DNA of 62,832 nt, filler included. It is 5 parts of 5 records of this genome, joined end to end, with 100 filler letters (N's around TTAATTAATTAA, not from the genome) between each part and the next. Parts side by side here need not be neighbours in the genome. Positions count along the whole stretch, not along the records: positions 28,512 to 43,263 come from DRR378314_2044; 4 more parts are not named here. One strand, 5' to 3'. Under the pieces are notes generated by a model. That model was not told the origin of the DNA. It saw only the letters and a list, made by a program, of their open reading frames with translations, and ran no database searches. Position numbers and translations under genes: made by a program. This document shows, piece after piece, positions 28,541 to 40,400 of this stretch (position 1 is its first letter; every line of letters starts with the position of its first letter).

Positions 28541-29426
28541 TGCATCCCTTCGAACAGCATATGCATAGAGTTTTGTCAAGGTATCTGCACTGCCATTGTG
28601 CACCGATGTCCGGGCTGCGTCTCGGATATTCAACGGATAGTAGGATTTGCAGCACCCGTGCCATGTGATGGCGATCTGGTGCATGCGCTCTGGTGTAGAT
28701 TTGGATAGGACCAAGCCAGCGAGATGCCAAATATGACGCCATGCATATTTGGTTTTTGGGTATATCAGAAAACGTCTGTGCTTGGTCCGAGCGCATCCTT
28801 TTGTGTCCTGTGAATGTTACTCGTGTGATGAGGAACATCGCACTGGAGTAATTGCACGTGCGAGACGCGCAAGCAGCTTCCATGCCGCATTCTTGAACAG
28901 ATTCGGCTTCTATAGTGGTGCAAGAATTCGAGCCATTCCATGCACGCATGTATTTTGTAAGATTTTGTACTGTCCCCTTGCACAGATGTTTCTCCTCTTG
29001 AACAGGTAGTCAAGAAGGGTATAACAGCGCCGAGGGTCAGTGCGCGCGACGAGAATGTGCGATTTCATGATAGGGCGGCAGTTTCCTTGGAATGGCGAGC
29101 GCCTTGTTGCGGTTTGATGTGCAGTCGTGTACACATGTGCCCCGTGCAGGATTTGTGCGTGCTTGAAGCGCAACTTGGTTGATTTTTCTCCCAGTATGAT
29201 GTTTTGTACTTCCAGAGTTGCGATCTCCGTGCTCGCGCTTAGCCCTGTTCACGCGGGTGCCTGCGTCGCGTCTGGCATCTGCCGCTTGGGCAGGGCGCGC
29301 ATCAGGGTTTGGTTTGTCTTTGGGATGTGGACGCTTTTCGTACGAGTACAATCCACAATGTGGAACTTATGTCAGTGTGTGGGAAACGTGTTTTGCATTC
29401 GTTCGGGGGTGGGGGCGCCGGAACAG

Positions 29427-32400
29427 GACGTTGCGAGCATCTGTCGACTGCTTGCAGTGCAGATGAGCCACGGATGGTTCATTCCGCTGCTGATGCGCGT
29501 TCTGCAGCGCAAGCTTGGATCGGACTCGGCTATATGTCTCCCTGAATGGGACAACCGCCGACCTACTTCTCTTCCAAAAGGTAAAAATGAAGTGCGAGCC
29601 CATGGGAGTCAAGCGGTTGATCCTGACGACGTTGCTGTGGATATGATGCACCTGCATGCACTCGCGCCAGAGATGCAGCCCGGGCAGGGATCGAATGCGT
29701 TCTGCGTCTCTGGCGAGCACACGGCTTCAGGAAAGCCTATGCTGGCATCGGACCCGCACCTCCGCGGATCGACACCCATGATCTGGTACCAGGTAAGATA
29801 CTCGAGTTCGTTTACGAAGTCTCGCCTTGTACGGCGTGGGTGATGTAGTTCTTTTTAGTTCACATTTCCGTTCTCGCGGAAGGTCAGTTTCGCAGTGCAG
29901 CAGAGTCCGCGTTTTGCAAACGCGATGAATGTGCTGCGCACCGACCGTTACGCTGTAGCGCAAGCTTACGCATCTGTAAGTCAAGTGGGGAGGAAGGGTA
30001 GATGTTTAAGTCGGCCAGGAACTCAACGCTTTTGGCACGCCAAAATCCATGTGCACTTTCGTACGTGCATTTTGTCAGAGAGGTACATTAACGCAGGGAT
30101 ACTGGGTGCGGCTCGCTGCTGTCCAAGTGTCGCATTGATCTCCCGATCGCCGTGCTCAGCAGATCAGCCGGGTACTCTTGTCAATGCCGATAGAAGAACG
30201 AACCTCGTTTGTTGGTCACGCAGAGAACGATATCAGCTCTCCGTAGCGGTCAGTGACGGATCGCTCTGGGACGTCTGCGGGGCTGCCCTCTGTCCGCAAC
30301 CGCACCAGAGCCTAGCCCGTGCTGGAGACTGTCTACAGCCCCGGAGTGTGGCGCGTTGGACTATGCTGACAAAGCTGGGATCGCATACTCGTCGGAACTT
30401 CTACCGTTGCGCGTACGTTTTTTTGTAGGTCCATGTGCGCTGCGAGGAAGGTGGCCTTGACGTCGCCGGCGTCTCTGTCCCCGGTGTTCCCTTGATCACA
30501 ATGGGCCACAGCGACCGAATTGCGTGGGGAATCACCCTGACGTACAACGACGTGGCGGATATTTTTGAAGAGCACTGTCATCCGCATGATGCCGACCTGT
30601 TCGAGGTTTCAGAAGGAGAGTTTGAACGTTGTCGAGTGTGGGAGGACGAAATAGCGATCAAGGGGGCGCGCCGCGAACCTTTGCGGGTGCGATGGACGCG
30701 TCACGGCCCTCTGCTGTCGGACCTGATGGATGTGCATGCGTGGACGGCACACGACGACAGCGGGGTGGGCCCACGCGCTTGCGAGCACTTTGCGCTACGT
30801 GCATGCTTCCTGGACCCATCACCAGTGTGGGCAAGCTTCCGCCGTGTGAACAAGGTGCGTGAAGTGGCAGGGTCTGTGGAGGAGTCTGCTGTGGATGCGC
30901 TCGGTTGTACCCTCGATCTCATCGCCGCTGCGTTTGCCCGCAGTCGATATTTTGGTGAGGCTGCATCCGACAACGAGACATTTGTTTCGTCTTCCCATGA
31001 CGCCACCATACACTCAATCTTGTAGCGATATAGAGTAAGTAGGAAGTATGTGTATGCGTTCTTGGTTTTATCGGAGGGTGGGAGTAGCTCGCTTGTCGTT
31101 GGGGCGCCGTCGAGCGATGTAGTCGGTGGATTGCCTTCATCAGAGCGCTGGGTGATGACGAGGAGGCTTCGCTGCAGTTACAGAAAGCGAGGATGAGGTC
31201 TTTTTACGCATGCGTACTGTAACATCTGCTTGCTTCGCCGGGTGTGATATTTCCCTACTATTCCGTCTCGTTGGAACGAAAGGTGCTGGCCTTCCTTGTC
31301 CTTGTGTCTATGGGTGCGTCAGTGTGTGCGAGTGGAGCCTTGCCTTCGTTGCTAGCCCACACGGGCTCGTCTCCAAATTTTTCTCCTACAATATCTGTAC
31401 CAAAAAGGTGTCGTAGCGTTTCTATATCCGAGATGCCTGGTGCTCTACTACATTGATCCTGCGCATTGTTTGAGGCCGCGGCTAATTGGCTTGGTTGTTT
31501 CCACATCCGGTCCTTTCTCTCCGCCGCGCAATGCAAGCACGCTCCTAGCGCAGCCCCTCACCCGCTCTGCTCCGTCTGCCTGATCCGCGTTCGTTGCTTT
31601 CAGGCGCACACTGCCACCGAATTCGCCACGGCTGCCCGCGGCCTAAAGTCTCCGTCGCTGAATTTTGCTTTTGCCACAGTCGATGGTGATATCGGCTATG
31701 TTGTATCGGGAAATGTACCGCAACGAAGCGACGCGCGCGATGATGGGAGCACGATTCTTCCCGGGTGCGTTGCCCGGCGTTCCATGCTTGCTCGGTTTGC
31801 GCGACTATACATTGTATCTCATTGCATGCGTAAGGTGGTTGTTACGCCAGTATTTCGGGGAGGGGTGCGGCCTGCATGGACGCATGCAACGTATATGCGT
31901 GCTCTCGGAATGGGAGTGGGTTTCGCCTCTCGCTCTGGGTGAGAGATACGCCGATGGAGTGCGTCACACAAAACGGGCTACGCACGGTGTACAATATTGT
32001 GCTGTGCAAGTGTGTGCTTGTTTCTTCTCTATGCATACGTTGGCCTGAACGTGTGCTGCTCGTTTTTGCGAGAGAAAGCGCTTACGGTTAGGCCAACGGC
32101 AGCGCTTCGAGGCAAGCATGCGCTGGCTGCCAAATGCGCTTTCCAACGCGACTCTCGTTTTCAACCTGGGCCATACGGCATCGTTCTTTTTTGTTGCCCC
32201 ATTTTTGTCGTACTACAGCTATGACGGCAAACATGAATGGAAATCAGAGTTTGTTCCTGAAGAGGATCTCCCGTTCGCTCTCAATCCAGAGCAAGGTACG
32301 GGAGGGTCATCCAGGATGGCCTTTCGAGTGAAATTGTACGCAGCGAAAGGAAGAGTTTTATGCATCAACGGGCAGCGCTTTCTTGTTCTACTGTGTTGAT

Positions 32401-35072
32401 GCGAGCACTTTCTTACTAGCATTTGCCTCTGCATGTATGGTTGTACGTTGGTAAATGGACAAACGCAAGGCTTCCTTGTAACTGCAAACCATAGGATTAC
32501 TGGACCCGAGTATCCGCATTTTCTCGGCAACTACTTTTTGAATGGAATCCGCGGTGCAAGGATTACAAAGCTTCTTCACGAGCGCATCGAGCAAACAGGT
32601 CACAAAATCACGACATCCGACATGCTTGCGATCATGTGCGATGTCAAAAATGATTTTGCGCACGAGTTTGTCAGCCGGTGCGTTGTACAGATAAAGGATA
32701 AGCGGCAGAAACAGAACTACCCTGCATCCTCACGCGCGTGTGCGTGCAGCCCGGGGTATTGATATGGCTTACCGTGTGTTCCTCTGTGCGCGTTTGTGCG
32801 TTTTGGGTCTCTGGTTTCTGGATGCTTTGGGAAAGGGTTCTCTCTGTCGTTTCACAGGCAGATGATCCGTGTGTGCAGGAGGCGATCGATATGCTGCGTT
32901 CGTTCGACGGTGACCTGTCGCCCACGTCGACGGCTGCCTCTGTCTACACGGTGCGTTTTGTATCCCCCGCACGGCACACACGCGCAGCGGTGGCAGTGCC
33001 CATTTGTTTGTTCCTGTATGCATCTATGGCTCAGTTTGTACGCACGCTCTGTGTTTTGCTGCCTTGTTTGAGATATGTCGATGCGTGATGTTCCGTCGGT
33101 CCTCGTGCTTATGTGGTACATTTCCGTCTTGCTGTTGCCGCGACCGCAGGTTCTTCGCTACTACTTGTTCTTCGAGACATATGGCGTCGTGCTTGGGCGG
33201 AAGCTTGCGCTCCTTTTGTGGGGTTTCGGCCCACACGAAGTATTTGAAGCTGATACAGAGTTTTTCACGCACGATACGGCGCTTCTTGTTCGAATCATGG
33301 ATGAGAAACCCGCGTGGGTTACGTCTGCGTGCGGGCCGTTTCCGGAAGTTGTGTTGCGCGCTCTTTCCAAGGTGAGGGCGGAACGCGCCACTTTGCTGCC
33401 TTGTTGCGCACCTGTTGCGCACAGTAGGGATGATGAGGAATGTAATATCTGCCTATCGCTACGGTGCACGGTGTTTTGGTGGTTGGTTTGACTTCTGGGG
33501 GGGGGAACTTGTTTGCCGTCGTGCGTGCCAAGGGAAGCGTGCGCTGCGCTTGCTCGACGGCCAACCCCCCGCCTGGTGTATGGTTGGCAGCGCGAGTCCA
33601 AGCGAAAGGAATGCTTGTGTAACATATGCGTGCACGATTTTGCCATATTTCTTGCTCATTAACTCTTTTTCCAGACGGTAGACTACTTGCAGCGTGAGTG
33701 CGGTAGCTTAGGTCAGGCGCAATACGGGAAAATTCATCGCCTGCGGCTGAAGCACGGGCTGGGAGATCTGGTGCCCGTCTTTTCCCGCGGTGGACAACCG
33801 GTCGGTGGCGACAACGACACCCCTCAGGTATGGCAAGAACGGCCGCTATCGTCTGCGGCGTTTTATGCAATATCTACTCCTTCAGGTCTGGAACACCTAT
33901 AAAATTTCATGGTAATGCTGCATGCAATGTGAAAACTTTCCCTGTACCTAGATCGGCGGTTTGATTGGTGTGTGGGAGCGATGCGGAAGTGGAGCCGACG
34001 CACTCACGCTCTTGCGTATGGGTCGCGCTGGCGTTACTGTCGCGACGAGGGTACCGCGTGTCAAAAGGCACACGAAGCGACCACGGGGGCTATCTAGGGG
34101 GGCACAGGCGCTAACATAGGCAGAAAGACGTTATGGCTAGGATTCGTGTAGTGTATTGATAGCTACGTATGGACGTTGTAACGTAGCAGCGGTCATCGCA
34201 CTACATCGTGCGTCCCAGATTCTTGCAATAGAGCACGTGCCTGTACATGCACGGTTTCCCCCTGTTACATTTGGCGGTCCGCTGCCTCGTCTGCCTTTAT
34301 TTTTTGCAGGCCATGTGCTGGGCCCCAGATGGATCTTTTGACGTAAGTTTTGCCATGCCAAGCTTCAGGCATGTGTCAGACCTGGCGAATATATCTGCGG
34401 CGAGATGTATTGTGCCTGGTGGACAGGTATGGATCCACTGCTGCGAGGCAGGTGCACGCTCTGCTCGATCAGCGCTTCGGCGGGTTCCGGCGTACTGAGC
34501 TCCGTTTGTTTCTTTTATTGTTTCTGTGACTCTGATTGGCCCTACGAAATGTATGCATATTATATATATATCGATCTAAATCGTTTGTGATACGCGAGCA
34601 TCTCTATGGATTCATGCTCCAAGTTGCAAGCTTGCGCGTGCCATGGGCACCTGCTGTCGCAAGAGGTAAGCGCTGCGCCGCCGTGGTGTTCGCCTCGCAA
34701 CCCAGGAACCTTTCCCAACGTTACTTGGTACGCTTTTTGCTTCCTTTCTCCGCAGTGCGGGCATCTGGGAAATCGCCACTACGACGATCGAACAGAGCGG
34801 TATGTGCGCGGCGAGCTCGACCCGATGGTATTTGCGGAGGATGATATAGCGGGTACGTGCTCGGACATGTCCGGCTGGGCTGCACGCGGGTCGACGCTCG
34901 TTGCGCTTTGAGGCCAAGCGCTTCCCCTTCGTTCGGACGCCTTGCTGCGCCTTTCGTACGGAGCGCAGACGGGGCGCTCATGGGAGAGAGTCTGTTTTCG
35001 GTATCTCTGTTTTTTTTGCCGGGTTTTGCAGCATCTACGGAAAGCGAGTTTGTCCTTATCAGCGACGCCTGA
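29427..35072 (+). CDS. Spliced eukaryotic penicillin acylase / AHL-acylase family (peptidase S45, Ntn-hydrolase) gene; 5' exons unresolved
   Basis: Phase-consistent GT-AG exons: 29427-29792, 30429-30854, 31604-31764, 32219-32295, 32470-32677, 32836-32950, 33150-33371, 33675-33827, 34310-34426, 34756-34852, 35032-35072. Motifs in order: GSNAFCVSGEHTASGKPMLASDPHL, IWYQ|VH, VAGVSVPGVP..MGH..IAWGIT, TRHGP, NFAFATVDGDIGY, NPEQ|GFLVTANH, YGKIH, PSFRHVSDL, PGGQ|CGHLGNRHYDD. Confidence 0.9.
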
Positions 35073-35532
35073 GGACGAGAGCAGCGCGCGGCGTATTTGG
35101 GGGGGGGGTTCTCGTAGGCGGCACCTTGATCTACGGAGAGCGGCGGGGCCTTGCGCCGCGCTCCGGCACAAACGGGAGATAGCGCATTCCGTGCGCGGGC
35201 GTTACGTCGTGCTCCTACGCAAGGGCAGCGTGCTGTCCGCTCTCTCGTTCCGTACGATGCGCGCACAGGATCGCTTGCGACGCGATGATACTATCGTGTG
35301 ACAGCGAGAGTGATGGGACTCCTTGTCGAGGAGTACCTGGGACGCGGAGTTGGTCGCGGCTTGAAAGGTGCCAAAGAGTTGGTTTGTTTGTGTTGCTTGC
35401 TGCCGCTTCTGTGCAGCAGGTTTCTGCAAAGGCGTCGCTCCAGTTGGCGTCAGGCCCAGCATCTGCGCCGGCGATCGTGAGCTGGACTGGTGGCAGAACC
35501 GCTGGGCGCTTTGTGGGACAAAAGGCACGGTT

Positions 35533-36701
35533 TCATCCGTGCACAATCATGTTCAATACAGACATAGGGCGTATAAACCCCGGGTGTGTGTTCTTTCCTG
35601 CCGCCTCGTTAACGAACGCGATTCCCGATGCCGTGCTTGCCGCCGGTGGTGCGCGAGCGCTCTTGCGCAGGGCCGCGCGCCCAACAGTGCGCAAGAAACC
35701 GCCATCAGCCAGGCGCCTGCTAGTCCCGCCGTTTCCTTTCTGCCCCCGTATCAAAAAAGCAAACGCACACAAACTCGATTCCACTGGTAGAATGTCGTGT
35801 AAGCAAGAGCGATCGAATGCGGTGATTTGTAGCCTTTCGGCTGCGGGAGCGCTTGGAGGTGTGCAAGGGAGGCAGTGTGGCGGCTGTCGCCAAGACGGGG
35901 AACCAAGGGGCAGCGGCGTGCAACGCGCGCACAGGCCGTGCGCACCGTGAGTGAGGCAACCTGCGCGCGCCCGATCTGAATAAATGATCCGAATACTAAA
36001 TGGTGCACACGAACGAAACTGTATCGTTTTGTTTATTCCGCGTGGACTTCAGCGTCGACAGCGGCCCAGCGTTGCGTGCGCGGGGGCGTCGCACCCACGC
36101 ACACGCCAGGCGACCGGGGAAACACCGCCTTGCGAAGCACGACGCCGGGTGTGCGCTACGCGAGCAGCTACTCTGTAAACTACGCAAAGCAGCTGCGATT
36201 ACGCCCGTGTGAATGCTGCCGTTCTGCTCCGTTTCTTTTGTTTATCGAAAAGTACTCCGTTGTCGTATGTATATTCATCGAGAGGCTACGATTTCGCAGA
36301 GCGCCTCTGCGGAGCTGCCCACGCGCGTCCGGCAAGCGCACAGCCGGAAGCTCAGAACTGAGCTGCCAGCGCTCTGAAGGCGCTCGTTGCAATTTTCACG
36401 CTCGCTTACTTGCAGCGGAAGCAGCGCTTCATGCGAATCCAGCAGACGAGGAATTTTCCCTTTCCAAACATTGTTCACAGACGATTGCTTCGTTTCAGCA
36501 ACAACGTGATGGTATGAGTCACGATCTGGATGTCGTTTGGGGGTGACGGAGGCGCAGGGCAAACAGGCTGGACAGACCCGTGCTCGTGCGTCAAAGAGTG
36601 TTCTTTTTTTCCTTGCACTGTCTCGCGTCGCGTGCCTCGCCGCAAGAACACGGATAAGGATCGCTGCAGCGGTACAGACAAGTCCTCTCCTGCAAAACTT
36701 T
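35533..36701 (-). CDS. Probable spliced gene of unknown function (partial model, ends uncertain)
   Basis: Phase-compatible candidate exons 36701-36636, 36525-36410 and from 36285 (ESFAGEDLSVPLQRSLSVFLRR|DRDSYHH...EALLPLQ|PLDEYTYDNGVLFDK); no family recognised. Confidence 0.35.
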
Positions 36702-37411
36702 CTATCACCAACCCTACCCCTAACCCTATTATATGCGATCCGTCACCCAGCTACCGACTGTTGCAGCTTTACAGAAGGAAACATGGTGCCACAGTACTTG
36801 GGACTACTATCGCATCCCAAGGACGCCTGCAACTTAGGCAGTTACGCGGCAAGATGCAGAAAAATGAAATCTTTGACCGCACGCTGAGGCAGATGCTGTG
36901 TCCCGGGTGTTTAGTACCGTCAAGCTACACTTTGTTCAGCGTGGAAAGGACCGGACAGACGCTGGCCCCTCTCGCGAAGACGCACGTGGAAACGGCAAGG
37001 AGCTTTCGAAGCCGGGACGCGAAGCACCCTGTATCCTGCGGTGTATTCCCAAGACAATTTCTGTTCGCAGGGATGTAGCGCCGATTTCTTTCGGACGACG
37101 GAGTGGCTGGCCGGCCCTCTGCACTGGAGAGTTGCAAGAGCGCGAAGACTCCACAGCGAGCTGCCGAGGGCCGCAGGGGACCCTTTCTGTCTCCTTCCGC
37201 TAGCTCCGCACTCGCTCCACGAACAGAGAGACAGGTTCGTCCTGCAATGTCGAGCTAATCCTGAAGCAGAGCGTCTCGTTAAAGAAGGGTTATTTTGGGT
37301 CTTGAGTATCTAGATAACTTGGCCATGGGGCCAAGTCAGTTGCACATCGTGCAGCGCGCACAAACGGCGCACGCCAGCGCTCGTCTTCTGCGGATGTTGC
37401 GATGCGAAACG

Positions 37412-40400
37412 TTAGTCGTTGAACGATGAAAATTTTTCTGCGCTGCCCGCAGAACGTAAATCTTTCCGTTCGGCTAGTTCAAGCGTCATTAGGATCGACT
37501 TTCGAGTTCCCTTGGACGATAATGATTCAAGCAGACTGGAGAAATCGATGATGGTAAGGCTGCGGGCTTTCCTGTGGTGGTACATGGCAGAGTCGGCACA
37601 GCACAGTGGCAAGCGGGCAAGCGCATTGGATCAGAAGGGAAACCCAGCGAACCACGCTTCCACACCGCAGCAGGTTCTTTGCTTGCACGTTTCCTTCTGG
37701 CGATGGCGCGCGCACGAATACCCACTCGTCTTTTCTTCTGCCTTGTATGACAATATTTGTGCTTGATTTCACTCTGCTTACCCGAATGATGTGAGTACGA
37801 AGTGCAGAGGCAGCTTGCAGCCAGTTTTGTGACCAAGTGCGTCGTGTAGCAAACCTGGAGGCTTCCCATCGTCGCTGTCTCAGCGAGACCTGAGCACAGC
37901 CTTCGTTCCTTGCGAGTGCACTTTCAGATTTTATGATACAAAAAACAAAGAAAACGAGTAAAGACTACAGCGCCAAGTTTTTCATTTGTGCTCTCTGGTT
38001 TACCACACTTGGCTCTGTTGCGCGGTCCGGGGTAGGCATATGGGGGTTGGGCCTATGGACGCCTCCCTCGCTAGGAGCAGACGCTGGAGCTGCAGTGACA
38101 AAGCAGGCCGGTTGCAGCAGTGCCACATGAAACGCACCACTCGTGGACAAATCGGCGAACAAGCTCGAGATATACATCATTGGTAGTATCAGAAGTTGAA
38201 TTTTTACGCTGGAGTGTTTCTGTGTGACCTTGGCGGATCCAGCCCAGGGCCACTTTGCTTAGGTTGATGGATACGAGCGCCAGCGGGAAGTCCTGCGCGC
38301 GACGCGGTGACGCACAGCACGACACACGATTTGAGCACGTGGGGCTCCCCTTGGACAGAGCAGCGAGTTCTGTTGACCAAACAGAGGCGCGTGATTCAAG
38401 GAAGAGAGCTCACTGAAATAAAGCAATGGCGGAATGGTTTTTTTCTCTAATGTTTCTTCCATGCAGCGGGCGCTGGCGGTGGGCTCATAAGCATTGGGGC
38501 ACGTTTGGCTTTCCGGTGCTAGCGCTTGGTTCCAAGCACCACGAACGTGTCCGCAAAGCCAATGACTTGGCAGCAGCCGTGCGACGTCCCGATCGTCTGG
38601 CGTTGCCAGAGTGGTCAACTCTGATGTTTGCCATTCCTTATTCCCAACGTTTCGCACGTACATGGTCGGGTATAGTTGATAGTGCAAACATAGCTCGTGC
38701 AAGCGCAGTGTGCTTCGTCACTAGCCACAGGAGCTGAGAAAGTCCCAAGAGCCCGAGGTCGCGAAGATCTGTTGCGGGATCGTTGCCTTGGAACCCGACT
38801 TTTTCCCAGTGAGGGCCTCGCGCAGGCGGCCGGTGCTTTTCTTCTGCGTGCCCATGCAGAAAGGCGAAAGAAGAAGGCTTTACATACGTACTTTTCAGGA
38901 GAAATGATTACATATGTTATCAAATAGATCAATGGAAACTGGCTGCGGCAAAGTGTGCGGGTACGCATGCAATTTGTGCGAAAGACCTCGAGCACGCCAC
39001 CCTCGCTACAGTACCGCCCAACGAGTCTGCCCGGTCGCCGGCGCGACGCGGGCACTGCACCCAAGCGATCGCGCGCCCAGAATGCGATCCATAGTTGCAT
39101 ACTGAGTGTACGTACACGCGCGTTAGTAGACATACCTACGAGTCGCATATAGATTGTTGCAAACGCAGCGTCACAGAGCACTCGACTGTCCTCATACGCA
39201 GTGCGCGCAAGCGCGACGACCTGCGCAGCAGCTCGCAGAGAAGTCTTCGTGCTGCTGCGGTCGAATGCGGAGCACCTGCAGCATAGCAGCTTTCCCCAAG
39301 GCGATGGTGCATGGCTCTGTTGTAATTGCGCTGTTGCTGCATCGATTCTGTCCTGTGTAATTATATCACTGACATGGTGCTCAAAGTCTTCCCATAGTAT
39401 TCCAAACGGCCCGAATGCGAGAGACACAGTGGCGGCTGGCGTGTCGGTAGGCGCCAGCATTTCTGCTTCTCTGTTCGCGCCCCACTTGTCGACTGCTCCG
39501 TTCGCGCGATCCACTGCTGCCCATTCAGCTTCCGCAGCGGCTTTTGCAGCCGCTCTATCCGTACAGTGATCAAGCGTTTCGTTTGTGCGCGGATGATCCT
39601 GAGAAGAAGAAAGTCCTGCGGGAAGAGAGTCGCCACTAGGCGGGCCCTTTGGCGACGGCGCGAGCGTTTGGTGTGCGGCCTTTGCACTGACGCTATCGCC
39701 CGGTGGGCTAGCACACGCACTGTCAGCGCTGGACGAGCGTAGTGGGCTTTCTGCGTGTGGCAACCGAGGTACACCGGTAGCTTCCGACTCGCTACGGGCG
39801 CGCCGGAGAAGTCCGCTACTCTCGATCACGTCATTACTGCAGAAAGTCGAAGGACGGTCGGTCTCTAAAGGCGAGGGATCGAAGGGGAGCAGTGTGCTTG
39901 GAGGCTCGGGCGTGGCTTTCCATTCGCCGGCTGCACTCGCGGTGACGGCCTCTGCTTCTCGTGCAGCGGGAACGCTCTGCTGTGGGTGCATGTCCAACCC
40001 AGGCGCCTGCGGTGTATCCCCGCTATCCATCGGAACTGTATCACCATCTCCCAATGCTTTGACCGTCGAGATACGGGTATGTAAGCTTTCGGGACGCTCA
40101 CTTGTTGTAGTCTTTGCGCAGTGAGCGAGCTGGTCGAAAGCCGGCACATATTCCAAAGGTGGGATTGCGTGCTGATCGGAGCCAGATAGCAACTGGGCCT
40201 GGGGCGTGTCCTGATTTCCGTAGGCGCCTTCTTCGTTCTCTGACCCTTTGCTTTCCTCCTCTGCTCGAGCATGTCTTATGCATGCGACAGAAGAACTGTC
40301 CGGTTGTGGATGTACAACTGTCGCGGAATTCGCAGCCCTTGGAGGTTCGGAAGCCTGGATTTTTCCACTGTCCTTTGAGCGGGACGCGGAGCTGGCCGCC

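Noticed and set aside
27310-30854. Integron-borne penicillin acylase cassette
   Set aside because: intI and the acylase are on different contigs, and the acylase has spliceosomal introns.
36711-36730. CCCTA(A/C)-like telomeric repeat
   Set aside because: Only about three degenerate units, internal to the contig.
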